Shown here piece by piece: positions 1-15,437 of a DNA stretch of 64,000 nt. Source of the DNA: the human T2T-CHM13v2.0 reference genome, Homo sapiens; NCBI RefSeq assembly GCF_009914755.1, contig NC_060938.1. The stretch is one strand, 5' to 3'. Numbering within the stretch: the stretch's first letter is position 1; each line of letters begins with the position of its first letter. Position numbers and translations under genes: made by a program. Below the pieces are notes generated by a model. That model saw only the letters and a program-made list of their open reading frames with translations, did no database searches and was not told the origin of the DNA.

Positions 1-1889
1 GGCTGTCAACACAAAGCCCTCACATTTCAACCAAGGGTTTTAGGAATGATCAAGTCCGTTTAGTTCTAAGTTCGGCTGGTGAACTATTAACCTTTTCAGA
101 AAAACTGGTGAATGCTACATGTCACATAATCTTCTTTGAGAAAGCTAAGAGGGTGGATAATGTTGTTTAACTGATTAGACATAAATGTGAGAAGATAATA
201 TTTGCAAAATTATTAAGTGTGCTCTCTGAAAGAAACTACTGGAGTGAGACTCCCTACCTCTTACGTTTCCACAGCCCTTTACATAATTCTCTTTCATAAA
301 TTCCACGTGGCTCATCATGCACACTTGAAATGGCCCATTTTTATTTGGAAGTTTAAACTTACCTTTTCCAGGGAGCTGATCTTCCCCTAGGTCAGCATGG
401 TTGTGACCCTGTTTTCCCAGTGGATTCTGCCTAATAAAGAAGAAAGCTACTGTGGAGTAGCCCGTGAAATACCCACTATGACACTTTTGCAAAGATATGC
501 TTTGGGAAAAGGGAGCAAGGGGAATGCTGAAGTTTGTTGAGCCCATCAGCATCAGTTTAGCAACCACTTACTATAGCAAAGGATAAAAATGGACCCTCTT
601 CCTGTTCAAGAAACTAGTTCTGATTTTAATAAGTAAGTAAATATTCAAAACCACTTAATTCTACTAAAACAACAAAATCATGTACCACTGGGCCCTAGAA
701 GGGAACAGGAGCAAAACCTAAAACATGAATTCTATTTTGATAAAAAAATTTTTTGATCCCAGGGGTGTCTCTGCTGAAATATAATGGTGGAAGGTCCTAC
801 TGAAAAATTCTAGGCCAATTATACCACAGAATATATTTTCAAACGTTCCTCAGGCAAAGGAAACAGGGTGAGCTCCTTTGCTTATGGAAGGGCTCTTAGT
901 AGGCTATTAAAGCAGCTCCTGTCCTTATAGCACACAATATTTCAATTTTGTTACCTTTCCACGATCTTTTTACCTCTTGAGTTCTGACATGCCTTTTAAA
1001 ACATTAGACCATCCAAGCAAGAGGTCCTGTGCCTGGAATGCCTTGTGCTGAGCCTTATATTGGGTGCCATCAGCAATGTGGCAAATATAGGGATATGTCA
1101 TCTAGCAGAGATATAAAATCATCACTTAGAACTGGCTTATCTTTGGTTCTGATATACCAGGCTCTCCCTCTTGTGCCTTGTCTAGACAAAACTGCCCAGC
1201 AGGTGTGGGAAGAGATGGAGGTAAAAAGGGCAGGTAGGTGCTTATGATTGCAAACAGTACATATGCCTGCCTTCCTATGACACCTACTAGATAATTGCTA
1301 TATTAGGTATTGACATGTCTTTAATCATGTCTCTGTGTAAGTAATAAATGAGTCTTTTGGGATCTGTTTTGTGTCCCATACACTCTTACATTTTTCCAGA
1401 TGCACAATGCATATAACCAATCAAATAACAGTGTTGGTTGTTTTAATCACAGGGGCGTAGCAACTTTCATTTTTAAGACTTTTCAAGCCAGAAATTAACT
1501 CATTTTGCCCTGTTATTCAGATTTAGTCACTGGCACAATTTCATTAATAAGCATAATAATAATGGACAAATGCCTTAACTGCTTTTCTGCTTTGTTTCAT
1601 CCTCTGTGCCAATCTGGTAAAACCTCAGTGATATCAAGGATTGACTCTACCCTGGAAATTGAAGTATTTTTCTCCTCCAACTCCTCAGTAAAACCAACAA
1701 TGCCGTTTTCCCATCAGGTTTGTTAGCAAAATCTGAACTCTACATCTAACTAAAATTGTAATTGACAGTAGGGGATTTGTATTCCTTCATTACCTGGGAG
1801 CTTTCCCCAGCAAGAGGAAATAAAAATCACAAACACCTGTTAATGCCACTGCAATTCTAATCATCCCTGAGTAGTATCTATCATATCTT

Positions 1890-2371
1890 CCCCATGCTCT
1901 TCAAGGAAAGTCCTTATCCTAGCACGTGAGGCTATGTACAGTCTGGTGCTCAAATACCTCTCCGACCTCCAACCCCCCACCATATTGCCCTACTCTCAGT
2001 CACTAAAGTACCATGATCTTTCTCTTTTTAGAATCTTGTATGATGTTCTCTCTGCCAAGAATTTCCCTTTCATCTAGGCAGTTATTAACTACACATCCTT
2101 TAGGGATTAGCTTTGGTGTCATCTCCTCCAGAAAGTTTTACCTGCAAGCTTAATAACCCTTCCCCTACATTCTGGGCCATATATCATGCTAAGTGTTCCC
2201 TTAGGACCCTGTGCCAAACTCTATCCCAGTACCCTTTATATGTGCTACAACTGTATGATAATCCTCTGTTCTCTTGAAGGCCAGGGCTGTATATTTTTTT
2301 TATCTCTGGATCTCCAACTTCTAGAACAGTGTCTGGCACATATGGGTGTCCTGTGAATATTTGTTGAATGC
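1890..2371 (+). mobile_element. L2 LINE 3' fragment (ancient)
   Basis: Ends in the typical L2 terminus ACAGTGTCTGGCACATA...AATATTTGTTGAATG; left boundary approximate. Confidence 0.6.
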
Positions 2372-4249
2372 ATGTTTCAGTGAGAGTATGTTGTTAATAT
2401 GTGGGAAACCATTTATTTTTTGTGAAAATCATTTTGTATTATAAAATCCTTGAAGTGTAGAAACTCACACATATAGTAATGCTTACTAATCTATTTAAAA
2501 ATATTTTAAGTATTATTTAAAAATTAATAAATCCAATGATCTGGTTTTAAAACAAGTGTGACCATGTTGGATGCTTCTTAACAAAGACGCCAGCATAATC
2601 TTTTTATAGGGAATCAACTTAAGCCCCATGCAGGTCACTTTAATTGTGTCCTCTAGATTAAGAAGATGAGCTATTCTGCCCTCTCTTGTCGTTACCCCTT
2701 CCTCTCTGCCAGGTTAAAATTTTAATGGGTATTTAAATGCATATCTTTGAAATGGTGACTGAATTTTGACCAGCAATTTATGGCCTCGTCACAGAGGGCA
2801 TAATCAAGAAATCAAAATCCTGTCTGTCATTTTTGTCCAGCTGTTGTGCAAATCAATGAGCATGCATCGCCTGTGTGCCTTCAGCAAAGCAGGCATTTGT
2901 GACTGCAACTCTGAATAGAAGTTTTCCTGTTTACCTTTTTATCACTTATTTAAGTTCTAGGGAGACAGACCTGGCCATTTTGTTACAGAATGGGTGTTTT
3001 CAATGCAAAGGAAAAAAAAATCACAGTTTTGAGTTTTTACAATGTTTGCCCCTTTTCCCAGCAGGGATGTGTTTTGAGTGCCAGGAGACAAAAAGTGTGG
3101 CCTCAACAAGCAGAATTTTAAAAAGAACATCATTTTCATTATGTAGTCAATCTCAATTACAAGCAAATGTTTTCTCTGTGGAGACTCTTCTCCTTTCAGG
3201 GCATTATGTGAGCCTCTTTTGTGGATTGAGAGAAAGGATCAGTGGTCAATAGGGAGCAGAGTGCTGTGTACAGTGGATTTTTGTATCCCTCGGTCTCCTA
3301 CATAATGCGTTTTGTCAGGAGAACAGCCCGCCATCCTGAGCAGATTTGCTGAATTAAAGAGCACAGCAGGGATAGGAAACTTGTTGCTAGGTGACTGACC
3401 GCCGCTGCTTGGCGGGTCTGGGCCGAAGGTGACTCTCTGCTTTTCTTCCACTACTTAATCTTGCCTTTTAATCTGCATCTATAATTAACTCTGCTAATGC
3501 CACACATCCATTTGTTTCTTCTTTACTGCACTTCAGGCAGCCAATTTATCATTATTTAGTCTTTTCACTCAAACAACAAACTATTTTTTCTCCATTAGCG
3601 TCATATGAGGCGAAACGTTCTGCAGTGCAAAGAAAGATGTAGACACAGTAGATATTGCCTCACTTCCTGTGAGAATTTTCAAGGTACTTTTTGCTGATCT
3701 GAATGGAAAATACATCCTTGAGGAAACACTTCTGTTGGCCATTATCTCTACAGCTTGACTGGGCCTAATTAATTGAAATGTTCTTGGTGACTTTAAATTC
3801 CTCTCAGTGGTGACACATTATAAAAATTAAAAATTACTTTATTTTTTGGAGGTTATATAATTGTTCAGCACATGGTGTTGCCTCCAATATCTTTGCAGGA
3901 TGTATTCTCTGTGGTTATTATCAGCCATGGGGCCTGGACATGGAGGCAAAACCTAGGGATGCAAAAAAAAAAAAAAAAAAAGGAGGGACTTTGCAGAATT
4001 CATTCTAGCAGCAGCATCCGGAATTCAGCTTGGCTGATGTCAGCGGTTCAAATGTGGTGCTGGACCCAGAGGGAGAACTAAGGTGGCTTTAAAGGACCAG
4101 GTCTGTGGCATGATTTTCAACACTGCTCCTGCCTAGATGGCTCCACTGCTGGCTCGCTGACCTTCCTAGACATTCTATGTGCTCAGACATAATCTAAGAA
4201 CTAAGAAATGTAGGTCAATAGGCCTTGGCCTCCATTTCTGTATTCATAC

Positions 4250-4490
4250 AGGCAGTCTGGTGTAAAGATGTGACCTGGAGACAGGCTGACTGCCTGAGTT
4301 CAAATCCCAGGTGTACTACTTACATGTTGTTTGACCTGAGGTAACTTATTAAACCTCTCTATGCCTCAGTTACCTTGACTCTAAAATAGTACTAATAATA
4401 GTGGCTGTCTCATTAGGGTTTTATGTCTCATAGGATTAAATGAGTTAACATATGCAAAGCAATTAGTGCTTATCAGCTATTATTATTATA
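4250..4490 (+). mobile_element. MIR SINE
   Basis: GAGTTCAAATCCCAG...TGACCTGAGGTAACTTATTAAACCTCTCTATGCCTCAGTT core, GGATTAAATGAGTTAA and TATTATTATT tail. Confidence 0.75.
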
Positions 4491-5789
4491 TTGACAATAT
4501 AATGGAACAGTCATCTGATTCATTTTTTTCCATGTCTTAAGACAAAACTGCATGTTCACGGTGAATAAAAATAATACCTTTCACTAAGGGTTTTTACAGC
4601 AGTTTAATCACATGATCTCATTAATCCTCCAACTCCTCTAGTTTTGCAAATTCTTAATCTATGTACAGAGACTGGTTACCATACCAAAGACAGCTTAAAT
4701 GCACATTTTTCTTAAGAATGTATATTTTATGTGTACTGTAATTGTAAACTACAGTTTGGATTTTTAAAAATGTTCAATCTGACCCACTTAAATTAAGGAA
4801 AGGCAGGTTATGCAGGCTTTTATCCCAGACATATTTGGAGAGCATTAGGCTGTAATTAGACTAACTGGGGCTAGTTGGAGGTTGTGATGGCTCTACTTCA
4901 GTGGTGCATAAAAGCATCTTGTGCACAGAGAATTAGGAAGCCAGAATAAGGACCATTAGGATGTCATTTACTACATTTTCATTTGATCAATTTGTACTCT
5001 TTAATGTGAAGGCCTATTTTGCATCTTTTATGAGGGTGTTAATTCTTTGCCTTTGACTAATACATGTCTATGAAATGTGGCTGCCTGCAAATCTATACTT
5101 GCATGATGATGGAGGTGAGATTACATTGTTGGAGAAAGTGGGCCTAGTCCATTGCTCCCTATCACACCAAACACAACAGGGCAGCTAGAAGACTTTTATT
5201 TCTGGTATTCTGAGAGTGTGCTAAAATCCCCAGTTTCTTATGAAGAGCACCTGAACCTATGTAATAAATTGAGCTAGACTTGATTTCAGGATATTGCTTC
5301 CTTATCTTTCCTATTGACCAGCAATAATAAACTAACATAAAATAACACTCAAAGCAGATGGCTCAACTGAGAACTAGTGTATGATCTCACTTTTCTTAAA
5401 AGTCTTCATAGATTATAAAGAATTCCCATTTTATAAGTGAAGAAAGTAAGCCCCATTGTTGTCTTAGCTGCCCAAGATGATTCAGTGATTCTATAGCAGG
5501 AATGCAATGGAGCACAGATACATTTTTCTTTAGGCCACGTTCACATGGCCTCTATGCTAGGTCTTCTTGCTGATTAAAGCATACCACAGTCAATAATAAG
5601 GGGTTTCTCTTCTTGTTTTTGAGAAAGGCTAAGTGATTATCTTAACTGAATTTATAGAATTATTTCACACTTTATTCGGAGAGTTTTACAAGATTTTGTC
5701 TCCAAATATAAATAATCAGACACTCTTTAAAATTGCAGTCAGTTTGTGAGGCTCCATAGCATGAGTTTGCCAGATAAAGCACCTCATGA

Positions 5790-5932
5790 GGGGGAAGCTC
5801 CATGAGGGCAGGGGTCATGGGAGGAATCCTGTCTTCTGGGCTCACTACTATAATCCCAGCATTCAGTACAGTGCTTGGTACATAGTAGGGGTTCATATCA
5901 TATCTACTGAACAATAAATTAGTGAATAAATA
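5790..5932 (+). mobile_element. L2 3' end fragment
   Basis: AAGCTCCATGAGGGCAGGG...CAGTGCTTGGTACATAGTAGG L2 terminal motifs. Confidence 0.65.
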
Positions 5933-7665
5933 AGTTATTATATAAAGGAAAAGCTGGTATCCCTATGATTCATTTTTTTCCAGTAGTTTTCTTACAGTGA
6001 TTAAAATCTAACTCTCTAAAACAAATTTGAAGAATTACTATAAACTTGACTTTTAATTTTCTCATTTTCTCTCCTTTTTAATAAATTCTCAACTTTTCAG
6101 TGGACAGTGTAGAGATTTGACTAGTCATTGGTTTAAAATTATGGAGTAAAGTGAGTTCAGTAATGATAACTTATCAGTTTAATTTCTCTGTATCCATTAT
6201 GCGATGAAACAAAAATAAAACAGGTAATTTTAGAGCCTTTCTACTTATTGCCTTTCCCTAAGGAAATATAACTAAAATTATAACATGTTTTGAAATCAAA
6301 AATTTTAGTCTTACTCTCTAATATTTAGGTGATTATGACCACTAGAAATGAATAAAAAGCTCAAAATTTATATTTAAGCTTGAAAGTCTAGAAATTATAT
6401 ACCTTTTCCTTGGTAGCCTAATGAACTATTTAAAGAAATGTAACAAATAGTTATAATTATGTACCAGGAGCCATTACTAAATTAGTTTTGTCATTCTAAT
6501 ATAGTTAGGGAAAATTAGCATCAAATAAAGCTCATTAATAAACTTTGATATTTGGTGGCTGATTATCTTTGATTTTGCAGCAAAAAGGGAGTCTGTTTTT
6601 CATTTATTGCTAAACATATGCCCTTTAGTTAATAAGTTTTGCTAATTGACATAGGTATGCATAATGAGAGCTATGCACTAATAGGAATATGAATATCCCC
6701 TTTTCATTTGTTAAAAACCTGACAACACTACTTATTAATCATTTTTGTGCAATAATTATTTGCAGTTGTTTTCAGAAATTTATGAATATTTGTTAGGATA
6801 AAGGTTTTTAGTTTGCATTTTTCTCCATATTTTATGTGTGTCTTGTTAACCTTATTACTTTAATATAATTCTATATCTAATAAGCAAAGGTTATTTAGAT
6901 ACAGAAAAATGCAATCAACAGGGAAGATGTTTTATAATGGTCTTCCTTTTAAAATAGAATATATCTGATACTTAGATTTATCTCATCATATAAACTTTAG
7001 TCACTAAGATCTTGGTGAAAATTCATATAATAATAAACACATTTGAAAATTATGTTTATCATTGAGCAAACTGTACTAAGCAAGTGGTGCAACTTAAAAG
7101 AATATATGCAGCATTAAGGGACCTCACACAGCTTTATAACAAATAGAATATGCCTATTTGTTTTACTGCCTTCAGTACATAATGCTGGCATCTAATCAAA
7201 TCAAAAGTTTAATAGCCCTTGCCAAATATGTTTCTTTTAGAAAGTTATTTTAAAAAGAAATAATTATGCTTATTTTTCTTATGTTTGTGTGATTTTATAG
7301 CTATTATATAGCTAAGAGACATTAACTTTTCAAAAAGTATTACACTTCGAACTCTCAGAAAACCTTGCATGCTGATCATTAGATCCAAATAAAATTATAC
7401 ATTTTACCTTTAATTTTTTTGTTTACTCCTCAGAGTGCTGTGTTAAGTGTTTTGGATAAAGTGTAGTAATAATGAGGCATCTATTGCGATATAAGACAGA
7501 TTGTGATCCTAGGTAGACACTGTACAGTTCTTTCATTCTTTCCTTCCTTTCCTCAGAAATATTTATTGAGAATCTTCTATGTGCCAGGCATGTTAAAGGC
7601 TGAGATATGAGGTCTCTTTCTATATAGAAAGCAGCTTCTCCAGTCATATTTTTTTCCTGGGCCTC

Positions 7666-8034
7666 TGATACGGTTTGGCTGTGTCCCCACCCAAATCTCA
7701 TCTTGAATTGTAGCTCCCCGAATTCCCACATGTTGTGGGAGGGACCTGGTGGGAGATAACTGAATCATGGGGGCAGTTTCCCACATACTCTTCTTGTGGT
7801 AGTGAATAAATCTCACCAGATCTGATGATTTTATAAGGGGTTTCCACTTTTGCTTTGCTCTCATTCTCTCTTGCCTGCTGCCATGTAAGATGTGTCTTGC
7901 TTCCCCTTTGCTTTCTGCCATGATTGTGAGGCCTCCCCAGCCATGTGGAACTGTGAGTCAATTAAACCTCTTTCCTTTATAAATTACCCAGTCTCAGGTA
8001 TGTCTTTATCAGCAGTGTGAAAACAGACTAATCA
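7666..8034 (+). mobile_element. THE1 (MaLR) solo LTR, THE1C/D-like
   Basis: TGATACGGTTTGGCTGTGTCCCCACCCAAATCTC...AAACAGACTAATCA; 5-bp TSD GCCTC at 7661-7665 and 8035-8039. Confidence 0.92.
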
Positions 8035-8479
8035 GCCTCTTTAGAAAATAAATGTATTGTTTTAATAATATTTCTTCCCCAAACATTGAAAACAACTTAA
8101 AAAGTGATAATTCCCTTTTGAACATACTATATTGAATAATAAAATTCCTTATTAGAGTGCCAAATTTTTTAGACTTTTTTTAGGTAAGAAAACGAATATT
8201 TATTTAGGTTGAGAAAATAAATAACAAGAAATTACAAACTTTAGAAAGTTCACATATACCATAAACATCACAATTGTGCTTAATTTTCTGACATGCCTCT
8301 ATAATATATTGCCCCCTGTATTTTTTGAGGAAAATTCTGGAAACCCCCATCAAGTTTCTTTCATATATTAGCTGTAAAAGATGCACTTGGTGTTTGTTGA
8401 TTTCCTATAGGTTTGTGACTACAAACAAGGGAATCTGATAAATTCTATTTCACATAATTACTATAGAAATCATTTCTTT

Positions 8480-8731
8480 CTACATGGGCCTCTCCATGGA
8501 GCATCTCACAACATGGCAGCGGGCTTCATCAGAGTGCACAAGCAAGAGGGAACATGCTAGCAAAACAAAGCCACAATCTCTTCTGTAATCTACTTACAGA
8601 AGTGATATTCTATCACTATTCAGTTGGAAGGAGTTCCTAGGCCCCACCCACACTCACAGGGAGGGGATTACACAGGGAAGATTACACAGGAGGCAGCATC
8701 CTTGGGAACTGTGTGGGAGCTGTCTGTCACA
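8480..8731 (-). mobile_element. Old MLT1-type MaLR LTR fragment
   Basis: CATGGGCCTCTCCA...TCACAACATGGCAG motif, ending in TCACA (TGTGA on the minus strand). Confidence 0.55.
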
Positions 8732-9620
8732 GCACCATAGGACACCTTCATAGGGTGGTCTGGACTCTGGCCTCATACCTTCCTGTCATGTGCTGGCTGA
8801 GCAGGCACAATGGGCCAAAGGAATACACTGAAAGCCATTCTGACATCATTCTGGGGTTCCTTAGATAGACACTGAAGCAACTGCAAGCCACCTAAACATA
8901 CCCTGTTAAACTCAAAATGTGCCCTCAACTCACCAGTCCCTCATTTGGATCTCAAAAGTGCCATTGGCCATTCGAATATCATCTCACACAACTGGCTTTA
9001 ACTGATTACAGTTAAAATATCTTATTCTTGCAAATTTTACAAAAGCATAACTCAGTGAATACATCAGAAGAGAGTCAAAGAACACTTCAGTAGTTTTACT
9101 GTCAATCTGCCTCTGAGTGAAAGCCATTATTACTGACTAGGTTGATCCCGAAAAATGCCACAAAACAGGTAAAATTTGGAAACTGCCTTGAAGAACAGTT
9201 TTCATCACTGCATTTAAGCCCCTTAAAAAATTGTGACTTTAATATAAGCAAGCCAATTAATCTTTTTCAAAAAGCTAAAGAAGAGTTTGGAGAAATATTT
9301 CTTAGATGCTTCTGCTCTTATAATGATTTAACATATTATATATGGTTTCATGTCATAGTAATTATATCAGATTCCTTACTGGTCAGTAAAACCATCAAAA
9401 AAAGGTACCCAGTAGTAATCAAGGACTGCTATTATCTTTAGGAAAAAGGTCTTAATCGTGAGGCACAGCAAGAAAGTGTTTTTATTCCAGCTCAATGCTT
9501 GCCTTGAATGAACAGTTTGAGCAACTCAGTTACCCTCTTTCAGCTTCCACACCTGAAAAACTCAAGCTTTAAACTAGCTGAGCTCTGAGTCCTTTCTAAT
9601 TTGTCCTTTTCTATCATAGT

Positions 9621-10087
9621 ACAGTGGTTTTTAAACATGTCTGCAATTTCTTTGACAATCTTCCATCAAAGGTGAAATCTAATTCCTCTCTCTTTTAATA
9701 TGTTAGTATAATGACTCATTTCTAAGGCATAGGATGCAGCAAAAGAGACACTGTGAAACTTCTGAGGTTAGGTTATAAAAAGTAAACAGCATCTCTGTCT
9801 CTCCTTGAGGTGACAGGTTACTAGTCTGGTTGCCCTGAAGCCGCCATGCTAGAGACCATACAGAGAGATACCTGAAGAGCGTTAGTGGTTCTAGCCCCAG
9901 CACCAGACCTGGTGAACTAATGATCCTAGCCTGAAACTTCAAGATGCTGCAAATGGAGAAGAGACAGGCTGTCCCTGAGAGAGACCTGCCCAACTTGCAG
10001 ATTCATGAACAAAACAAATTCTGTTGTTATTTTGATTAGCAACTATATGTGGGGTGGTTCGTTATGCAGCAACAGACAACCAAAACT
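9621..10087 (+). mobile_element. MLT1 (MaLR) LTR, MLT1F/G/H-like
   Basis: ACTTCTGAGGTTAGGTTATAAAA internal motif and MLT1 3' end GGGGTGGTTCGTTATGCAGCAACAGACAAC. Confidence 0.65.
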
Positions 10088-10439
10088 CATGATAAAGCCT
10101 CTGAAAGCCTGGAGTAAATATTCTAGCAGCTGAAGCAAATTATATTTGAAATAGGACTAAATACATCTCAGTGGGGTGGAATATGCAATTGAAATTTCAA
10201 AAAGCTATTTTGCATGTTGCATCATTTAACCATTACTTCAGGGATCCAGATCCTAGAGTAGTGAAGACCTAGGCCCCGTCTTGGGTGGAAGCTCAGGAGA
10301 CAGCAAGCCTGGGGAAGAAGTTATCTGCATTATCCAGTGTGCTAGAGCAGAAGTGTGGGGTGGGAGCCAACTACGAGCATTGATCCCACACATCTCAGGA
10401 GGCAAGAAAGAGCATCCCAAAGTTCTCATGGGCCTGGAG

Positions 10440-10945
10440 TGGGGCACTTACCATTTCTGCTTCTGAAAAGTGCTTCCTTGGCTTCTGAGAATCAACATTC
10501 TCCTGTTTCCTCCAACCCCCCTACCTGTTCATTCTTTATTCCCTTTGCAGGCTCATTCTTCTCCTCCTGGCCTTTAAATGTCAGAGTTGCTCAAGACTCA
10601 GTCCTAGGCCCTCTCCTCCTCTTCTCCTTTGAGCTCTAGACCTGTATATGTGACTACTCAACCTAATCAAAATGGAATTCATGATTCTTCCCCACCCCCA
10701 TCTTTACCTCCTTCAGTGCTCCCCAGTGCCTGCTACTCTCTCTACCCAACTATGCATGTTCAAGTCCTGAGTCAGCCACAGTATCTCCCTCCTGCTTACC
10801 TAAAACTATATGGGTCCATAAGCCTGTTGTGTTGGTTTTTGCTCCTAAATAGTTCTTAAACCTGTTCATCCCAGCACCATCACCACCATTCTCAACCTAG
10901 TTATGGTCATCCTTCACTTGAATGACTGTAATAGCCTCTTTCATT
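10440..10945 (+). mobile_element. L2 internal (ORF2-derived) fragment
   Basis: TTCCTTGGCTTC...CTTTAAATGT...CTCAGTCCTAGGCCCTCTCCTCCTC, the pyrimidine-rich L2 pattern. Confidence 0.6.
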
Positions 10946-11124
10946 TTTTTTTTAATTTTGGAATGAATTTTAGTGTTTCATGTGGTCAAAAATGAGATAC
11001 GTGACTTCCAAGATTTGGGAATTGGGAAATAAGATTAGAGAGTTAAAATATGAAGCAATTATAATTGTTTTTTTTTTAAAAAAAAAACACAGAACACCTC
11101 ACTTTATAGGTAGTGTAAGAAGAT

Positions 11125-11650
<526 letters not shown>

Positions 11651-12039
11651 AAAGTTTTAGTTCCAGCCAGACAGGTGAACAAAAGTGTGAAAATGCTTAA
11701 AAAGAAGTGAGGAAGTTATGTTAGCAGTGGAAAAAAATTTAAATGGAGTCATTTGTTCATTTGCTTAAAAATTTTTTGAGCACGAATTAGTACCAGGTAC
11801 TGTCATAAATGCTGAGGATAAAAAGAGAACAAAATAAGCATTCCTGCCACTGTGGAATTTATCTTCTATCAGGAAGAGGTGTACCATAAAAGAAGGTAGC
11901 TATAAATGGGCCAGGACCGAGAGAGACCAGCCGCCTGTGAGCTGAGTTGGCTTGAACTCTGACCAGCAGGATGCTTGTATTGAATAGTAGCAAATAAAGC
12001 ATATAAAATCCTCTCTTTGGAAAAATATAAATGCCAAAA

Positions 12040-13390
12040 TAAAGCTGTGATAGTTATATTAAATTGAAAAAACTAACTTTTAAAAGGTCGCTAAATGATA
12101 ATAAAATGTTGTCTGCCTAGAAAATACAATGTAACTTCAAAATATGTAAAGCAAAAATTTCTAGAACTGTACAAACAGTATCATAATTCAAACATCAAAG
12201 AAACTTCAGAGACTCTGTATATGAAAATTATATTATTTGACCATAAGGTAATTAAGTTTGAAATTTATGACAAAAAGATAAATTTTAAACCACATACATT
12301 ACAATTTTTAAGCATACTTTTAAATAATAAATAGATTAAAATGATATTATAATAGAACACTTAAAAATACTTAATACTGAACAATAACTATGCCACAAAA
12401 TTTATGGAATAACAGTATACTGTAAGAGAAATTTGTAATCTTATTAGATAGAAGAATGGCTTATATTTAAAAAGCTAAGCATCTAACTTGAGAAATTAGA
12501 AAAAAGGTAAATAACCCCAAAGAAAATAGAATGAAAGAAATAAAAAATGTTAAGACTAGAAATTAATAAAATAAAAAAGAAGAATGAAATAGAGACAATC
12601 AACAAAACCAAAAGTTGTTTCTTAGAAAAGACTACTCAAATAGACAACTGCTGAAGAGATTGTATAAGGAAAAAAGGCACAAATATATACTAGTAAGAAT
12701 TTAAAAAGGAACCAGGGACCACAGCTATATGAACAGCAGATATTAAGATGAAAATACAATAAATCTATCAATAATTTTACATTAATAAGTTTGAAATAAC
12801 AATAAAATAATACACTGAAAACAGACAAAATAACAAATTATTAGAAAAAGATAACATCGAAACTGATGCAAGAAGACAGAAAGCCTGAATAGTGGGTCTT
12901 ATAACATATATTTGACAAATTGAGCAAGAAATGTATGAGAAAGGAAAATTACAGACCAAACGAATTCACCAACATAAATGGTAAAGTCTTAAACAAAATA
13001 CTAGAAAACTAAGTCCTTTAGTATATTGCAAATACCATGCATCATGACCAAGTTGGGTTCATCTTGAGAATGCAAGGTTGTTTTAACATTAGAAAATCTA
13101 TAAATGTAATGTACCATATAAGCAGATTAAAAGAGAAAACCCATGTGATCATTGCAATTGATGAGAAAAGTATTTGATAAAATTCAACACCTATTCACAA
13201 AAAAAGAATAAAAACTCTCATAGTTTTTATTTGGGATAAATAAGTTTTTAGTTGGGATAAAACGAAGCTTCTTAATCTGATTTTTTTTAAAGATATCTCC
13301 AAAAATTTACAGCAAATATCATTTCAAGTGACAAAACATTAGAAGAAGTCATTTTAAAATCAGGAACAAGAAAGAATGTCAACTCTCACC
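12040..13390 (+). mobile_element. Old L1 (L1M) ORF2 fragments
   Basis: Degenerate ORF2 motifs such as CATCATGACCAAGTTGGGTTCATC and TTTGATAAAATTCAACAC; A-rich. Confidence 0.75.
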
Positions 13391-13882
13391 TTGGGGTTTT
13401 CAGAGAATCCCTAAGGGCTAACCTCAATATAAGAGGTACCAAATACTCCTACAGTCTAAAGTCAGTTGGTGTGATGCCTATTCAGGAAATGCTAAGAGAT
13501 TGTGTACTTCTAAAACATCAGCTATTACTCATCTTCTGGCTATATAAAAAAGTACTGAGGGGTTGAAGAGGCTATTAGGGAGTGTTCTTTTGGAGAAAGT
13601 AGTTGCTATCTTATGCCTTCCCAAGCTATATGCCTATCTCCTACTGCTACTGCTACACTGCCCCATCCACCATGAGGGAGAGAAGAGCTGGTGCTTCCTC
13701 TTAACTTTAAAAAAAGTTGAATCAGGATGGTTTTAGGAGAAGCTCTTGGATATTTTAATATCTGTTTCCTCAGAAAACACTAAACTCTAAAAGTGAATGA
13801 TCATATTTACAGAGACTTGCACTTACAGAGTTGCACTGGTAGAAAATGGCACTTACACCAATATATTAATATTTCTGATTAA

Positions 13883-14310
<428 letters not shown>

Positions 14311-15034
14311 AACAAACTTAACATAAAGAAATAAGAGGTGTACTACAGGATGCAGATTTGGGGAGGAGAAATTCTAAATAGTCTGCTTCAGTGGAAGATC
14401 CCTAAGACCTACAAACTGTAGTTGGAGTCAGTTCTGATATGTGAGTTTCAAGAACTCAGTCATATATACATACAAAGAGTCTAAAGCCTATCCTTCTCCC
14501 TCACTAGATTGTAATCTCTTGAAGAGCAGAGTATATATTCCAGTACATAGTAACCTCATAGTAAGTATTTGTTGAACTGAATAACTGCAGGATGACTGAT
14601 ATTAATGATAGAATAGTAACTACGAATTTGCAAAAATTAAAAAGCATTACCTTCTACAACATAGATGAAAATTATACATCGAAAACCTATTATGATTCCA
14701 TTACACAGAATTTGTTCTTACCTATAAATAAAACTGCCATTGTCAGAGAGCAAGGAGAATTGACAATGTTTCTGGAACAAATACAAGATTTATATGTGCT
14801 TATCATGTATCAGATACTGTTCTAAGTGCTTATGTATATTAACTCAATTAGTGTTCACATAAACCCTATGAGAAAACTAAGACTAAGGAAATATCCTAGG
14901 GTCACATAAGCAGGTTTTGAACCCATTCATTACAAAATTTTTTAAACTATTGGTAAAATTTTGAAACATGTAGTTTATTCAAACTGTGTATTTTTTAAAC
15001 AACCAAAAGACTTAAATCAAATCTCTTATTGTCA

Positions 15035-15437
<403 letters not shown>

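Noticed and set aside
175-567. 130-aa minus-strand ORF
   Set aside because: Non-ATG start, no recognisable domain, no splice or promoter support; consistent with chance.
2875-3252. 125-aa ORF in the repeat-free block
   Set aside because: GTG start, crosses an A-run and has no protein-like motif; the block looks regulatory if anything.
3963-3981. A19 tract as a possible retrocopy tail
   Set aside because: No polyA signal, TSD or recognisable upstream mRNA body.
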